From Candidatus Danuiimicrobium aquiferis (lineage in GTDB: Bacteria > Omnitrophota > Omnitrophia > Omnitrophales > Danuiimicrobiaceae): 61,959 nucleotides of DNA. The stretch lies in the NCBI GenBank assembly GCA_001804285.1, contig MHFR01000045.1, positions 534-62,492 on the forward strand, written 5' to 3'. Shown in pieces: positions 37,424 to 46,286 of this stretch. Position 1 is the stretch's first letter. Every line of letters starts with the position of its first letter. The position numbers and the translations under genes were made by a program. Below the pieces are notes generated by a model that worked only from the letters and a program-made list of their open reading frames with translations, searched no databases and was not told where the DNA came from.

Positions 37424-38370
37424 TTTGTTTGTTGTGTCGTTGAAAGAATTTTATCAAAAGAGGTTCCCAGTGGAAAAATCCACGGGTTGCACTCGTTTAA
37501 AAAGATTTCGAAATGCCGAGAAGCTTGGATCTGCATCTCTTTTGAATACAGAGACTCGCCGAACAAAGAAGCGTACCGACTTTCATACGCCAGGAATTCC
37601 TCAACAAAGACACTCCGCTCAACAGGCGTTTCTGGGGTATTCGGTTTAAGTAAAATAAAATGTATTTTGGCCGGGTTTTGTTGCTGATCCTTCGCAATAC
37701 CAATCGAAGCGGGATTTACCACGACATTGAAATTGATATGTTGTGCGGTAGCGATTGAAAGCAGGTGATTCATGAGGATCGAAACGCGGTCGACGGGTGA
37801 TAATCGTTTTAAAAACCGCGTATTTCTGACCGTATTCCACCGCAATTCAATTTCGTTAGAAATAGCGATAATTGGACTGCCCGTCTTGAAAAGAAGTTCA
37901 TTGTCACCCATAAACATTGCGTCGCGTTCAAGTGCCTGCATGAGAATGCTGGTTTTTCCGGAACCGGGGTAACCGGAAACGATAAATATTTCATTTTGAT
38001 ATTGGAATGCAGATCCGATTAAAGAAAAACCGTTCCGCTGAACGATTTCGCGTTTTAACAGCGGAATAATGACCATTCGCCATGCTAAAAATGTCGTAAA
38101 GATGGGGGAATAAAAATAAATCGTCTCGTGTGCTTTATCATCTTTGCGCAGGGCTAATGTCCATGGGATCATCTTGTAGACTCCGGAGGTCACGGTTGTG
38201 CCAGACGATGGGATATCTTTTTGGGACGAGGGAAAGATCAAGTCAATAGACGGTTGGTTGACGGGCGATTTGAATTGTTTCAAATCATTCTTAAATTCAA
38301 TGAAATTCCGCTCGTAGAACGCGCGAAATTTGAGTAAATCATGAATATTGTAAAACCGGTCGACTTCCAT
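37420..38370 (-). CDS. Hypothetical protein with an HprK-like P-loop
   Basis: 316-aa ORF. Its start is coupled to the downstream gene by a 4-nt overlap. The central motif IFIVSGYPGSGKTSILMQAL resembles the HPr-kinase-type P-loop. Confidence 0.5.
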   Translation of the reverse strand: MEVDRFYNIHDLLKFRAFYERNFIEFKNDLKQFKSPVNQPSIDLIFPSSQKDIPSSGTTVTSGVYKMIPWTLALRKDDKAHETIYFYSPIFTTFLAWRMVIIPLLKREIVQRNGFSLIGSAFQYQNEIFIVSGYPGSGKTSILMQALERDAMFMGDNELLFKTGSPIIAISNEIELRWNTVRNTRFLKRLSPVDRVSILMNHLLSIATAQHINFNVVVNPASIGIAKDQQQNPAKIHFILLKPNTPETPVERSVFVEEFLAYESRYASLFGESLYSKEMQIQASRHFEIFLNECNPWIFPLGTSFDKILSTTQQTK

Positions 38371-38411
38371 AAAAACTCCACCTTTTTGATTATTTACTCA
38401 CTGCCCGTTTT

Positions 38412-38486
38412 TGTGTCATTCCCGCGTGCTTTAGGCGGGAATCGATGAATCGTGGATGCCCGACTAAAGCATTCGGGCATGACACA
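38412..38486. repeat. Type-B double-hairpin element
   Basis: The sequence is TGTGTCATTCCCGCGTGCTTTAGGCGGGAAT...ATGCCCGACTAAAGCATTCGGGCATGACACA. It is intergenic, within a same-strand gene pair. Confidence 0.8.
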
Positions 38487-38526
38487 GGATAACCTATCGT
38501 AGTCTATCCAATGACATGAAAAACGA

Positions 38527-39648
38527 TCATTTGAAAAACTGACGAATCTCGCTCACTGTTTTTTCCGCATCCGCATCACTCAAATTTTGATGGAGCGGGA
38601 TGTTGAGCATTGTTTCATTAATTTCTTCGGCATTTTTAAGGTGCGCTTTTGATTTTAAATATTTCACCAAATGGAGCGGGTAGTAACGGAACGTGGTGTA
38701 AATGCCTTTATCTTTCAAATAATTCGCGAGTTGATCGCGTTTTTTCGGAACTTTTAGCCAATAAAGATAATAGGTGGACGTGCATCCTGGAAGCGGCTCG
38801 GGGGGCGTTATAGCACCCGGGATATTGGATAGATTTTTTTGGTAATAATCCCAGACTTGTTTTCGGCGTTCGATAAATTGAGGCAATTTACGGAGTTGAA
38901 CGCGTCCCATCGAGGCCAGAATATCGTTCGAGATAAAACGGCCGGAAACATTGGAAAGTTCGAATTCCCACCATCGAAGGTTGCCTTGTTTGAGCGAATC
39001 TGTTCCCGATGTGGTGGTTGATGGAAAGCCCAGGTAACGCAGCGATTTTGCAAGATTAAACGCTGCTTCGTCATTGATGATCAGTGCGCCGCCGTCTCCC
39101 ATCACTAAAATTTTCATGGCGTCAAAACTGAACACGCCGGCGGCTCCTAAATTTCCGCAATGGGTTCCTTTGTATTTTGAAGAAACGGAATTCGCGCTGT
39201 CTTCTATGATTTTAATTTTTTTTCCGCAAGCAACTTTGATTTCATCGAACGGTGCAGGATGTCCGCCGTAATGCAGGATAAAAACGGCTTTTGTTTTTCG
39301 GGTTTTTAAACGGTCAATTTCTGAAGGCAAAATATTGCACGTTTTGGGATCAACGTCAGCGAAAACGGGTTTTGCCCCGACACTCAGAATGGCGCTTGGA
39401 ATCGCATTGAAATTGCAGGTGGTGACGATGACTTCATCACCTTTCCCGATTCCAAGTGCCCGAATTGCGATGAAAATCGCGGAGGTGCAGCAATTGGTCA
39501 GCAGAACGCGCTCAGTCCCAAAATAATTCCCGAGTTCTTTTTCGAAAGCTTTGCACTCCTGTCCCATCCCGAGCCATCGGGAATTGATAACGTTTCGTGC
39601 TGCTTGAATTTCTTCTTCACCCAGTGTGTTTGAAAAAACCTGAATCAT
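38527..39648 (-). CDS. DegT/DnrJ/EryC1/StrS-family PLP-dependent sugar aminotransferase
   Basis: It carries SFDAMKILVMGDGGALI (PLP-Lys context) and an N-terminal FEKELGNYFG..LLTNCCTSAIFIAIRALGIG. It is 373 aa. Confidence 0.88.
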   Translation of the reverse strand: MIQVFSNTLGEEEIQAARNVINSRWLGMGQECKAFEKELGNYFGTERVLLTNCCTSAIFIAIRALGIGKGDEVIVTTCNFNAIPSAILSVGAKPVFADVDPKTCNILPSEIDRLKTRKTKAVFILHYGGHPAPFDEIKVACGKKIKIIEDSANSVSSKYKGTHCGNLGAAGVFSFDAMKILVMGDGGALIINDEAAFNLAKSLRYLGFPSTTTSGTDSLKQGNLRWWEFELSNVSGRFISNDILASMGRVQLRKLPQFIERRKQVWDYYQKNLSNIPGAITPPEPLPGCTSTYYLYWLKVPKKRDQLANYLKDKGIYTTFRYYPLHLVKYLKSKAHLKNAEEINETMLNIPLHQNLSDADAEKTVSEIRQFFK

Positions 39649-39666
39649 TGCTTTCTCCTGTTTTGT

Positions 39667-40698
39667 TTATTCGTATTTTGCCATTTGTTTGGTTGAAATA
39701 CCATATTTCGTGAATAATTCAAAAATATCAGAGCGTGATAACCGTTTAAACGGTTTCATTTCATTCCGCCGTTTCCACATGACAGGGAACTTCATCAAGG
39801 CGGCCCAGTGTGCTTTGAGTAGAATCATAACTCCGGAAAATAGAGAATTTTGCTTCCGGTAATGCGCAAGCGCGCCTTTTTTATCTTTAATGGATAAATA
39901 GAGCTGATACAGATAGCGATAAGCCGAGTAGAAGAAGCTGAGGATTAATAAATCGACCGGAAAATATTTGAAACAAATATAAATCCGGTTCCGTTCGACA
40001 TGAAATGCTTTGAATGCGGAATAACTTCCCGCTGCGCGCGAGTGGGCGTGATAGGCAATCGCATGCGGCGTGTAGATGCATTTCCAGCCGGCAATTTGAT
40101 GTTTCCAGCCCATATCCGTTTCGTCGCAGTAAATAAAAAAGTCGGGGTCGTAATCGCCGATTTCATTAATCATTTCGCGTCGGTAAAGGCAGCAGCAATC
40201 ATTCGCGCAAAAAACTTCTTCAATTTTCATATACGTATCGGCAGGTTGGAGCCGCCCGCGGCCGGAGGAAGAGCCATCTTTATAAATATCGAGTCCGCAA
40301 ACCTCAATGGTTTTAGAATCGTCCCAAAGCAAAATCCGGCTTGCGCAAGAACCGTAACGGGGATGAAGGTTAATCGCTTTGACCATTTCTTCAACGCATT
40401 TTGGATCTAAATAGGCATCATTATTGATCAATGCAATATAATCACTTTGCGTTGCGTTCATCCCGATATTGCAGGCAATTCCCCAGCCCGAGTTATAGCC
40501 GGTTTGAATGGCTTTCAGTTGTGGGAATCGTTTAAGAATCTGTTCGAAAGAGCCATCTTTCGAGGCGTTATCGACGACAACAATTTCGATCGGCCGATAA
40601 GTTTGTGTCAGAACCGATTCGATACATTTTTGAATAGGATCGCCGCCATTGTAATTTGGAATGATGACGGAAACCTTGCCTTTATTTTGCAATTCCAT
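39667..40698 (-). CDS. Family 2 glycosyltransferase
   Basis: It carries VSVIIPNYNGGDPIQKCIESVLTQTY..IEIVVVDNASKDGS and LINNDAY. Confidence 0.88.
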   Translation of the reverse strand: MELQNKGKVSVIIPNYNGGDPIQKCIESVLTQTYRPIEIVVVDNASKDGSFEQILKRFPQLKAIQTGYNSGWGIACNIGMNATQSDYIALINNDAYLDPKCVEEMVKAINLHPRYGSCASRILLWDDSKTIEVCGLDIYKDGSSSGRGRLQPADTYMKIEEVFCANDCCCLYRREMINEIGDYDPDFFIYCDETDMGWKHQIAGWKCIYTPHAIAYHAHSRAAGSYSAFKAFHVERNRIYICFKYFPVDLLILSFFYSAYRYLYQLYLSIKDKKGALAHYRKQNSLFSGVMILLKAHWAALMKFPVMWKRRNEMKPFKRLSRSDIFELFTKYGISTKQMAKYE

Positions 40699-40797
40699 AA
40701 CCTGTTTTATAATAGGGTGTTAGGATAAGTTAAGTTCTCGGATTTATTCATCTAATATACGGCAAAAAATGGGGGATCCTGAAGAATAACTTAAGGG

Positions 40798-42309
40798 TCA
40801 TTCCGATTGTTTTTGTTTGAGAGAGAACAGGTTGTGAGAAAAAACTTCAAATGTGAAGATGACTGCAAGAATACTGCTATGTAATAACAGGCGATCCATC
40901 GCTGTTTTGATTTGTTCCAGCAAGCCATGGGGTGTGAAATGAAAAATCAAAAAATAACCGAGATTAATGAACAATACCATGCTGCAAAAGATCCAGCGAT
41001 GATTTTCGAATGCGCGCTTTGGGTGGCACAGAATCGCAAGCGCGAATAGAAACCAAATTCCTTTCCACTGTGATAAATTGTTAATAAACACCCAATAAGC
41101 CATTCCGATTATTTTTGTATTTCTTATATTAGTTGCTTGCTTCAATATCTCTTGCCATGTTCGACCGGATCCAATATATTCGCCGCCGGTTGTGCCAAGG
41201 AATCCCTTGATCCATAAATTGCTAAGTACCGGAAGACATAATCCAGCGAAAAAAATGCCCAATAGTTTCAGTTTGTCCACAGGCTTTGTTTGTTTGGCGG
41301 CAAGAATTGCGATGAAAATTAATATAGTTAAGAATGCGGAGAAAAGAAGCCCTTCGTCTTTTGTCCATGCGGCCAGGCCGCATAAGTATCCGCTGAGTAG
41401 AAAAAGATTTTTTCCATTATGTCGGAGGGCGATCACTGCAGTTGTTGTTGATGCGGTGATGAAAAAGCATAATGGAATATCTGCATATTGTGTAGCCGAC
41501 CAAAAAGTTAATGCTTTCATTGTGAGGATGAGAGCTCCTGCGAGAAATCCACACCAAATCGAAACCGTTCTTGAAAGATACCAAACTGTCAGGAGAACAA
41601 GACCGGCGAAAAATGACAAGTTGACTAAATTTGGCCAAATCAGGATTTCTCTATTTAGCCAGTTCCAGCCCCAAGCGATAGAGCCCGGAAGCATTAAGGG
41701 GTATCCGGGGTGGCTCCATGAAATGGTCGATGAAAACATTTGGGCCCATTCGGAAGGGATGCGGTGATAGAATTTTGCTTTCAAATTCCAAAAGAAGCGC
41801 GCATCCCATCCTCCAAAGACATCCCACACCATGCGGGAACTAAAAAAATCCCAATATTTCCATAGATAGATCAAAAAAATGAGCAATGAAAGAAAAATTA
41901 AAATCCGATTAACTAATACTTTGTTCAACAGATTCGTACCGACTTCCATTCCCCTCACCCCCCGCAGGGAATTTTCCCTCTCCCCGGGGGAGAGGGTAGG
42001 GTGAGGGTCATTCTGGTACGGAGGTTGATTGAGTGATTTTTCTCTTCGCAAATAGAATTTGTTTTTAATCAAGAGGATAACAAGCATGATCAATAAAACG
42101 ATGCATGAAAAGATAGAGATTGTTTTGCCGTGTGCATTTCCGGCGAAATATGACCAAAACAGGATTAAAGAGCACGTTCCGAGCCCGACAGGTATTGCCA
42201 TGATAAGTGCGAATGAAATTCGTTCGGAAAGGCGAATTCCGCGGGTAAGCTGTGCGACGAGGCAAAAGCCGAGGAGAAGAGGAATGATGAGTGGTAATAG
42301 TGAGTTCAT
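40798..42309 (-). CDS. Polytopic membrane protein (possibly GT-C glycosyltransferase or polymerase-like) carrying an in-frame palindromic-element insertion
   Basis: 503 aa with more than 10 predicted TM helices on both sides of aa 101-120 (DPHPTLSPGERENSLRGVRG). Those residues are encoded by the Type-A core at 41951-42008. An alternative start, M121, lies at 41949. Confidence 0.55.
   Translation of the reverse strand: MNSLLPLIIPLLLGFCLVAQLTRGIRLSERISFALIMAIPVGLGTCSLILFWSYFAGNAHGKTISIFSCIVLLIMLVILLIKNKFYLRREKSLNQPPYQNDPHPTLSPGERENSLRGVRGMEVGTNLLNKVLVNRILIFLSLLIFLIYLWKYWDFFSSRMVWDVFGGWDARFFWNLKAKFYHRIPSEWAQMFSSTISWSHPGYPLMLPGSIAWGWNWLNREILIWPNLVNLSFFAGLVLLTVWYLSRTVSIWCGFLAGALILTMKALTFWSATQYADIPLCFFITASTTTAVIALRHNGKNLFLLSGYLCGLAAWTKDEGLLFSAFLTILIFIAILAAKQTKPVDKLKLLGIFFAGLCLPVLSNLWIKGFLGTTGGEYIGSGRTWQEILKQATNIRNTKIIGMAYWVFINNLSQWKGIWFLFALAILCHPKRAFENHRWIFCSMVLFINLGYFLIFHFTPHGLLEQIKTAMDRLLLHSSILAVIFTFEVFSHNLFSLKQKQSE
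41951..42008. repeat. Type-A GC-rich palindromic core (core only) inside a coding region
   Basis: The sequence CCCCTCACCCCCCGCAGGGAATTTTCCCTCTCCCCGGGGGAGAGGGTAGGGTGAGGG is the same core family as at 12377-12425 and 44290-44336. Confidence 0.8.
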
Positions 42310-42749
42310 TTGAGTTTTCTCACAATTCCTTGTGAGTCATTCATTTTAGACAGCCATTCATAACCGGTTTCTTTTAATCGTTTTTCTGCGGTGGAAGCGT
42401 TCCGGCAAAATAAAATCCCAAGCTGTTCTTTCGGTTCCCAATTTAAAACAAGCGGGCAAAGAGAAGATTGCGCTTCCCGGTAGAGTGTTTTGGATTGAAG
42501 CGAGGTGTCGTCATCTGTGATAAAGGAAAAAACTCCAGTTTTTGGGAGAAGTGGTTTCAGAGATTTTAATTTATTTCCAAGCGGAATAAATCCTTTGTCT
42601 GTGCCTTGAAATAAGCTTTTTAATAATTCCGGCGGGGCTGTGCGTTCAATTGACGTTGAAGTGGTTATGATTAAAATTAAAATGATGACGTAAAAAATCG
42701 ACAAAATACCGATTCTGGCGATTTTCGGGATAGAAGGTGCGGCGTTCAT
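42306..42749 (-). CDS. Small membrane-anchored protein (start trimmed to M56 of the ORF-track call)
   Basis: The first 55 codons of the ORF-track call 42306..42914 read through the Type-B repeat (CHSRESGNPETMDARFRGHD) and are unlikely to be real. From the ATG at 42749 the protein begins MNAAPSIPKIARIGILSIFYVIILILII (TM anchor). Its stop overlaps the next gene's start by 4 nt. Confidence 0.5.
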   Translation of the reverse strand: MNAAPSIPKIARIGILSIFYVIILILIITTSTSIERTAPPELLKSLFQGTDKGFIPLGNKLKSLKPLLPKTGVFSFITDDDTSLQSKTLYREAQSSLCPLVLNWEPKEQLGILFCRNASTAEKRLKETGYEWLSKMNDSQGIVRKLK

Positions 42750-42833
42750 TTCTGTATTTAAATTGTCAGATTTCGCTGATATAGTATTTGGACTGTATTT
42801 GTTTGGCGTTTTGAAGTACCGGTGATTTTCATT

Positions 42834-42896
42834 TGTGTCATGCCCGCGAAAGCGGGCATCCATGGTTTCTGGATTCCCGCTTTCGCGGGAATGACA
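42834..42896. repeat. Type-B double-hairpin element
   Basis: The sequence is TGTGTCATGCCCGCGAAAGCGGGCAT...ATTCCCGCTTTCGCGGGAATGACA. It lies in the divergent intergenic region. Confidence 0.8.
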
Positions 42897-43011
42897 AAAC
42901 GCCAAGGTTTTCACAGGTAATTACTTCAAAATGCTGAACAGATATTTTGAATTGAAGTTTCATGGATAATAGTTTACACAGCGAAAGTATAAAAACAAAC
43001 AGATAAATTCG

Positions 43012-44220
43012 ATGAAAGAATACGATTATTTAATTGTTGGGGCGGGAATTGTAGGGCTTGCGGTTGCTCGCGAGCTAAAAATGCGAGAACCAAAGGCGCA
43101 TATTTGCGTTTTGGAGAAGGAAGCAAAAGCCGGTGTGCATGCGAGCGGTCACAATAGCGGCGTTTTGCATTGCGGGATTTATTATTCAAGCGATTCCTTG
43201 AAAGCGCGTGTTTGCGCAACCGGCGCACGGATGATGCGCGAATTCGTGGAATCTCAAAACCTTCCGATTCGACGTAGCGGAAAGGTGATTATTGCTACTT
43301 GCGAGGAAGAATTGCCGATTTTGGATAAACTCATGGAAAACGCGAAAAATAACGACGTGTGTGCTGAATTGCGCGCCGTGAAGGGGATTAAAGAAATAGA
43401 GCCCAATGCAGAGCCTTATCGCGCCGGTATTTATTCACCGGACACGGCTGTCGTTGATAGCGCACTTGTGACGCAAAGGTTAGCTAACGTGATGAGCGCA
43501 CAAGGCGTTGACATTTTTTATCATGAACGCGTGAAATCAATCAATCCTGAGTGCTGCGAAGTGAAGACGGAAAATAATGTTTATCACTATTCCTATCTTT
43601 TTAACTGTGCGGGTGCGTATGCGGACACGATTGCAAAATTTTTTGGACTGGGGAAAGATTATGCACTGGTTCCGTTTAAAGGGCTTTATTTTAAATTACG
43701 TTCCGAGCAAGCAGGCCTTGTCAATGGCAATATTTATCCGGTTCCGGATGTCCGGATGCCGTTTCTTGGCGTTCATTTAACCAAGGTTGTCAGTGGCGAT
43801 GTTTATGTTGGGCCGACGGCGATGCCTGCGTTCGGCAGGGAGCATTATGGGTTTCTGAAAGGGATGGAAATTCGTGAGAGTGTTTTAATGTTCAAACATT
43901 TGGCAGACCTGTATTTGAAGAACGCACAATCATTTCGCAATTTAGTTCACCAGTCGACGGTTAATTATCTAAAGACTTTTTTTGTTCATTCTGCGAGGAA
44001 ACTTGTGCCGAAGTTGACTACCGGGGATTTGATCTCATCGAACAAAGTTGGAATACGGCCGCAGCTTATCAATAAAGCCAAGAAATGTCTTGAAATGGAT
44101 TATGTCATTGAAGAAGGCGCGAATTCGCTCCACGTTCTCAATTCCATTTCTCCGGCGTTTACCAGCGCTTTTGCGTTTGCAAAAGTCATATTGGACAGGC
44201 GCGGTGGTGGTAACCAATGA
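43012..44220 (+). CDS. lhgO: L-2-hydroxyglutarate oxidase-like FAD-dependent oxidoreductase
   Basis: The N-terminal dinucleotide fold reads YDYLIVGAGIVGLAVAREL. The LhgO-like block GVLHCGIYYSSDSLKARVC is present. It is ~400 aa. Confidence 0.75.
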   Translation: MKEYDYLIVGAGIVGLAVARELKMREPKAHICVLEKEAKAGVHASGHNSGVLHCGIYYSSDSLKARVCATGARMMREFVESQNLPIRRSGKVIIATCEEELPILDKLMENAKNNDVCAELRAVKGIKEIEPNAEPYRAGIYSPDTAVVDSALVTQRLANVMSAQGVDIFYHERVKSINPECCEVKTENNVYHYSYLFNCAGAYADTIAKFFGLGKDYALVPFKGLYFKLRSEQAGLVNGNIYPVPDVRMPFLGVHLTKVVSGDVYVGPTAMPAFGREHYGFLKGMEIRESVLMFKHLADLYLKNAQSFRNLVHQSTVNYLKTFFVHSARKLVPKLTTGDLISSNKVGIRPQLINKAKKCLEMDYVIEEGANSLHVLNSISPAFTSAFAFAKVILDRRGGGNQ

Positions 44221-44261
44221 TTTGAAAAAATGGTTTTTTAAGGTAGAATAGCTTCCGATGA

Positions 44262-44360
44262 TTAACGCAATTGAAGTTATTAACAAATTCCCCTCACCCC
44301 TGCCCTCTCCCCGCGGGAGAGGGTTAGGGTGAGGGGCGATAGTCAACTTTAGAACGCTAA
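44262..44360. repeat. Type-A palindromic element, full length, inverted relative to the 12.4-kb copy
   Basis: The core is CCCCTCACCCCTGCCCTCTCCCCGCGGGAGAGGGTTAGGGTGAGGGG. The arms TTAACGCAATTGAAGTT and AACTTTAGAACGCTAA match the arms of copy 12353-12451 in reverse orientation. Confidence 0.8.
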
Positions 44361-44382
44361 TTTTTAAGCAACTGATCTATTT

Positions 44383-46059
44383 ATGACAAAAGACAAACTG
44401 ATAATCGGATTAGGACAGATCAACCCGACTGTCGGCGATATTGCCGGCAACACGAAAAAGATATTGTCCTGCATTAAACAAGCGGAAGCAAAAGGTGTCG
44501 ACCTGCTTGTGTTTCCGGAGCTTGCTATTTCCGGCTATCCGATCTGGGATTTGGCAAATAAGAAAACATTTGTTGAAAAAGGGTTAGAAGCATTAGCAAA
44601 AATCACCCAAAAAACACGGGGATTAAATGTTGCGGTTGCTGTTGGGTTTGTGGATATTCGCAAAGCGGGCGGCGGAAAAAATTTTGATTCTATGGCCGTA
44701 ATCCGGAATGGGAAAATCATTCACAAACAGCATAAAGCGCTTCTTCCTACCTACGATGTTTTTCTGGAAGGAATTTTCTTTGAACCAGGCAACGATTTTG
44801 CAACTTTCAAAATTAATGATATCCCGATAGGTGCAACGATTTGCGAAGATATTTGGGATGACCAGTATGCGGTAAAACCCGCGCACGTATTGGCGAAAAA
44901 TGGCGCGAAAATCATTCTCAATCTTTCTGCGTCGCCATATCACCGGAAAGTCCCGCTTGTTCGCAATGATTTAATTTGCAGGAAGGCAAAAGATTATGGG
45001 GTTTGGATTGTTTACGCGAATCAAGTCGGGGGGCAAGACGATTTGATTTTCGATGGCCGGAGTGTGATATGTAATCCCGCCGGAAAAATTGTATATCAAG
45101 CCGAGTCGTTCTGTGAAGGGCTTTATGTTGTGACGCTCGAATTGGATCGAAAATCAAAATCACAGGTAGCTTACGAACAATTCAACGAAATTGGGGAAAT
45201 GTATGAAGCGTTGAAGCTTGGCCTACAGGATTATGTTCGGAAAAATGGATTTAAAAAAGTGGTGTTGGGATTGAGCGGCGGAATTGATTCGGCGCTGGTT
45301 GCGGTGATTGCAGCTGATGCGCTCGGGCCGGAAGCCGTGATTGGGGTGACGATGCCGGGGCCGTTTTCTTCGAAAGGGAGCTGGGCGGATTCTGAAATAT
45401 TGGCCCGCAATCTCGGGGTCGAATTTCGGGTGAAGCCCATTAAACAGCAATACACGAAATTTGTCGAAGAGACCATCAAGGAAAAGAAAAAACGTGGTAC
45501 TTCGGCGAGCGAAGATAGAACCATTTCGCTTGCGATGGAAAATCTTCAGGCGCGATTACGCGGGATGCAGCTGATGTACCTTTCGAATGACGAAGGCGCT
45601 CTTCTCCTTACGACCGGAAATAAATCGGAACTGGCCATGGGTTACGGAACACTATACGGCGATATGTGCGGTGGGTTGTCCGTCATTGGCGATGTGTTCA
45701 AGGTGGATGTCTACCGCCTTGCCGATTACCGGAATTCCGTTTCATCGGTGATTCCGAAAACCATTATTAACAAAGCCCCGTCAGCGGAACTTCGGCCGAA
45801 TCAAAAAGATTCGGATTCGCTTCCGGAATATGACATCCTGGACGCGATTCTCCATTTGTATATCGAAAAAAATCTTGGATTTGAAGAGATTTGCGAAGAA
45901 TTAAAATCGAAAGGGATTCCTGCGGAAACCGTTCGCCGTGTGGTTTCTAAAGTAGACTTCAATGAATACAAACGCCGCCAGCTCGCGCCGGCGTTGCGAG
46001 TCAGTGAGAAGGCCTGGTTCGGCCGACGGATGCCGATTACGAACTGTTTCCGGTTGTAG
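44383..46059 (+). CDS. nadE: Glutamine-dependent NAD+ synthetase (CN-hydrolase domain + NAD synthetase domain)
   Basis: The N-terminal nitrilase-like domain carries LVFPELAISGYP and ATICEDIW (Cys). The C-terminal domain carries the PP-loop LGLSGGIDSALVA. It is 558 aa. Confidence 0.92.
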   Translation: MTKDKLIIGLGQINPTVGDIAGNTKKILSCIKQAEAKGVDLLVFPELAISGYPIWDLANKKTFVEKGLEALAKITQKTRGLNVAVAVGFVDIRKAGGGKNFDSMAVIRNGKIIHKQHKALLPTYDVFLEGIFFEPGNDFATFKINDIPIGATICEDIWDDQYAVKPAHVLAKNGAKIILNLSASPYHRKVPLVRNDLICRKAKDYGVWIVYANQVGGQDDLIFDGRSVICNPAGKIVYQAESFCEGLYVVTLELDRKSKSQVAYEQFNEIGEMYEALKLGLQDYVRKNGFKKVVLGLSGGIDSALVAVIAADALGPEAVIGVTMPGPFSSKGSWADSEILARNLGVEFRVKPIKQQYTKFVEETIKEKKKRGTSASEDRTISLAMENLQARLRGMQLMYLSNDEGALLLTTGNKSELAMGYGTLYGDMCGGLSVIGDVFKVDVYRLADYRNSVSSVIPKTIINKAPSAELRPNQKDSDSLPEYDILDAILHLYIEKNLGFEEICEELKSKGIPAETVRRVVSKVDFNEYKRRQLAPALRVSEKAWFGRRMPITNCFRL

Positions 46060-46063
46060 GCGG

Positions 46064-46127
46064 TACCCCTTCCAAAAGTACAGGGTTTAATTTGAATCCC
46101 GTACGTATTAGAAGGGGTGCTTTTTTC
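46064..46127 (+). terminator. Putative intrinsic terminator after nadE
   Basis: ACCCCTTC (46065-46072) pairs with GAAGGGGT (46111-46118) around an internally paired loop. A T-run TTTTTT (46121-46126) follows. Confidence 0.55.
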
Positions 46128-46139
46128 TAAAAGAAACGA

Positions 46140-46169
46140 TTGACTGTGGAACAAAGGAAACAATACAAT
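46140..46169 (+). promoter_or_regulatory. Sigma70-like promoter upstream of the flotillin gene
   Basis: TTGACT (46140-46145), then a 17-18 nt spacer, then ATACAAT (46163-46169). Confidence 0.4.
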
Positions 46170-46286
46170 TTCAACCGTGACCCAAAGTTGGAATCAAAGT
46201 GCAAAATCAGATTCCCCGCGGGTGTTCAAAAAGGTCTGCATGGATAGACACTATGTGTGTGACAAATAAACCAAGGAGGAATTAGC

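Noticed and set aside
40000-41767. Plus-strand ORFs 40000..40410, 40447..40728 and 41192..41767, antisense to the GT2 and membrane-protein genes
   Set aside because: They have no recognisable motifs and Arg/Pro-rich antisense-type composition. The minus-strand products have strong family signatures or TM periodicity.
42750-42914. N-terminal 55 codons of ORF 42306..42914 (MKTLAFCHSRESGNPETMDARFRGHD...)
   Set aside because: This stretch is a read-through of the Type-B double-hairpin element. The start was trimmed to the ATG at 42749, which directly precedes a TM anchor.
44035-44346. 103-aa minus-strand ORF beginning MTIAPHPNPLPRGEGRGEG
   Set aside because: The N-terminus is the Type-A repeat core read as protein. 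The remainder is antisense to the 3' end of lhgO.
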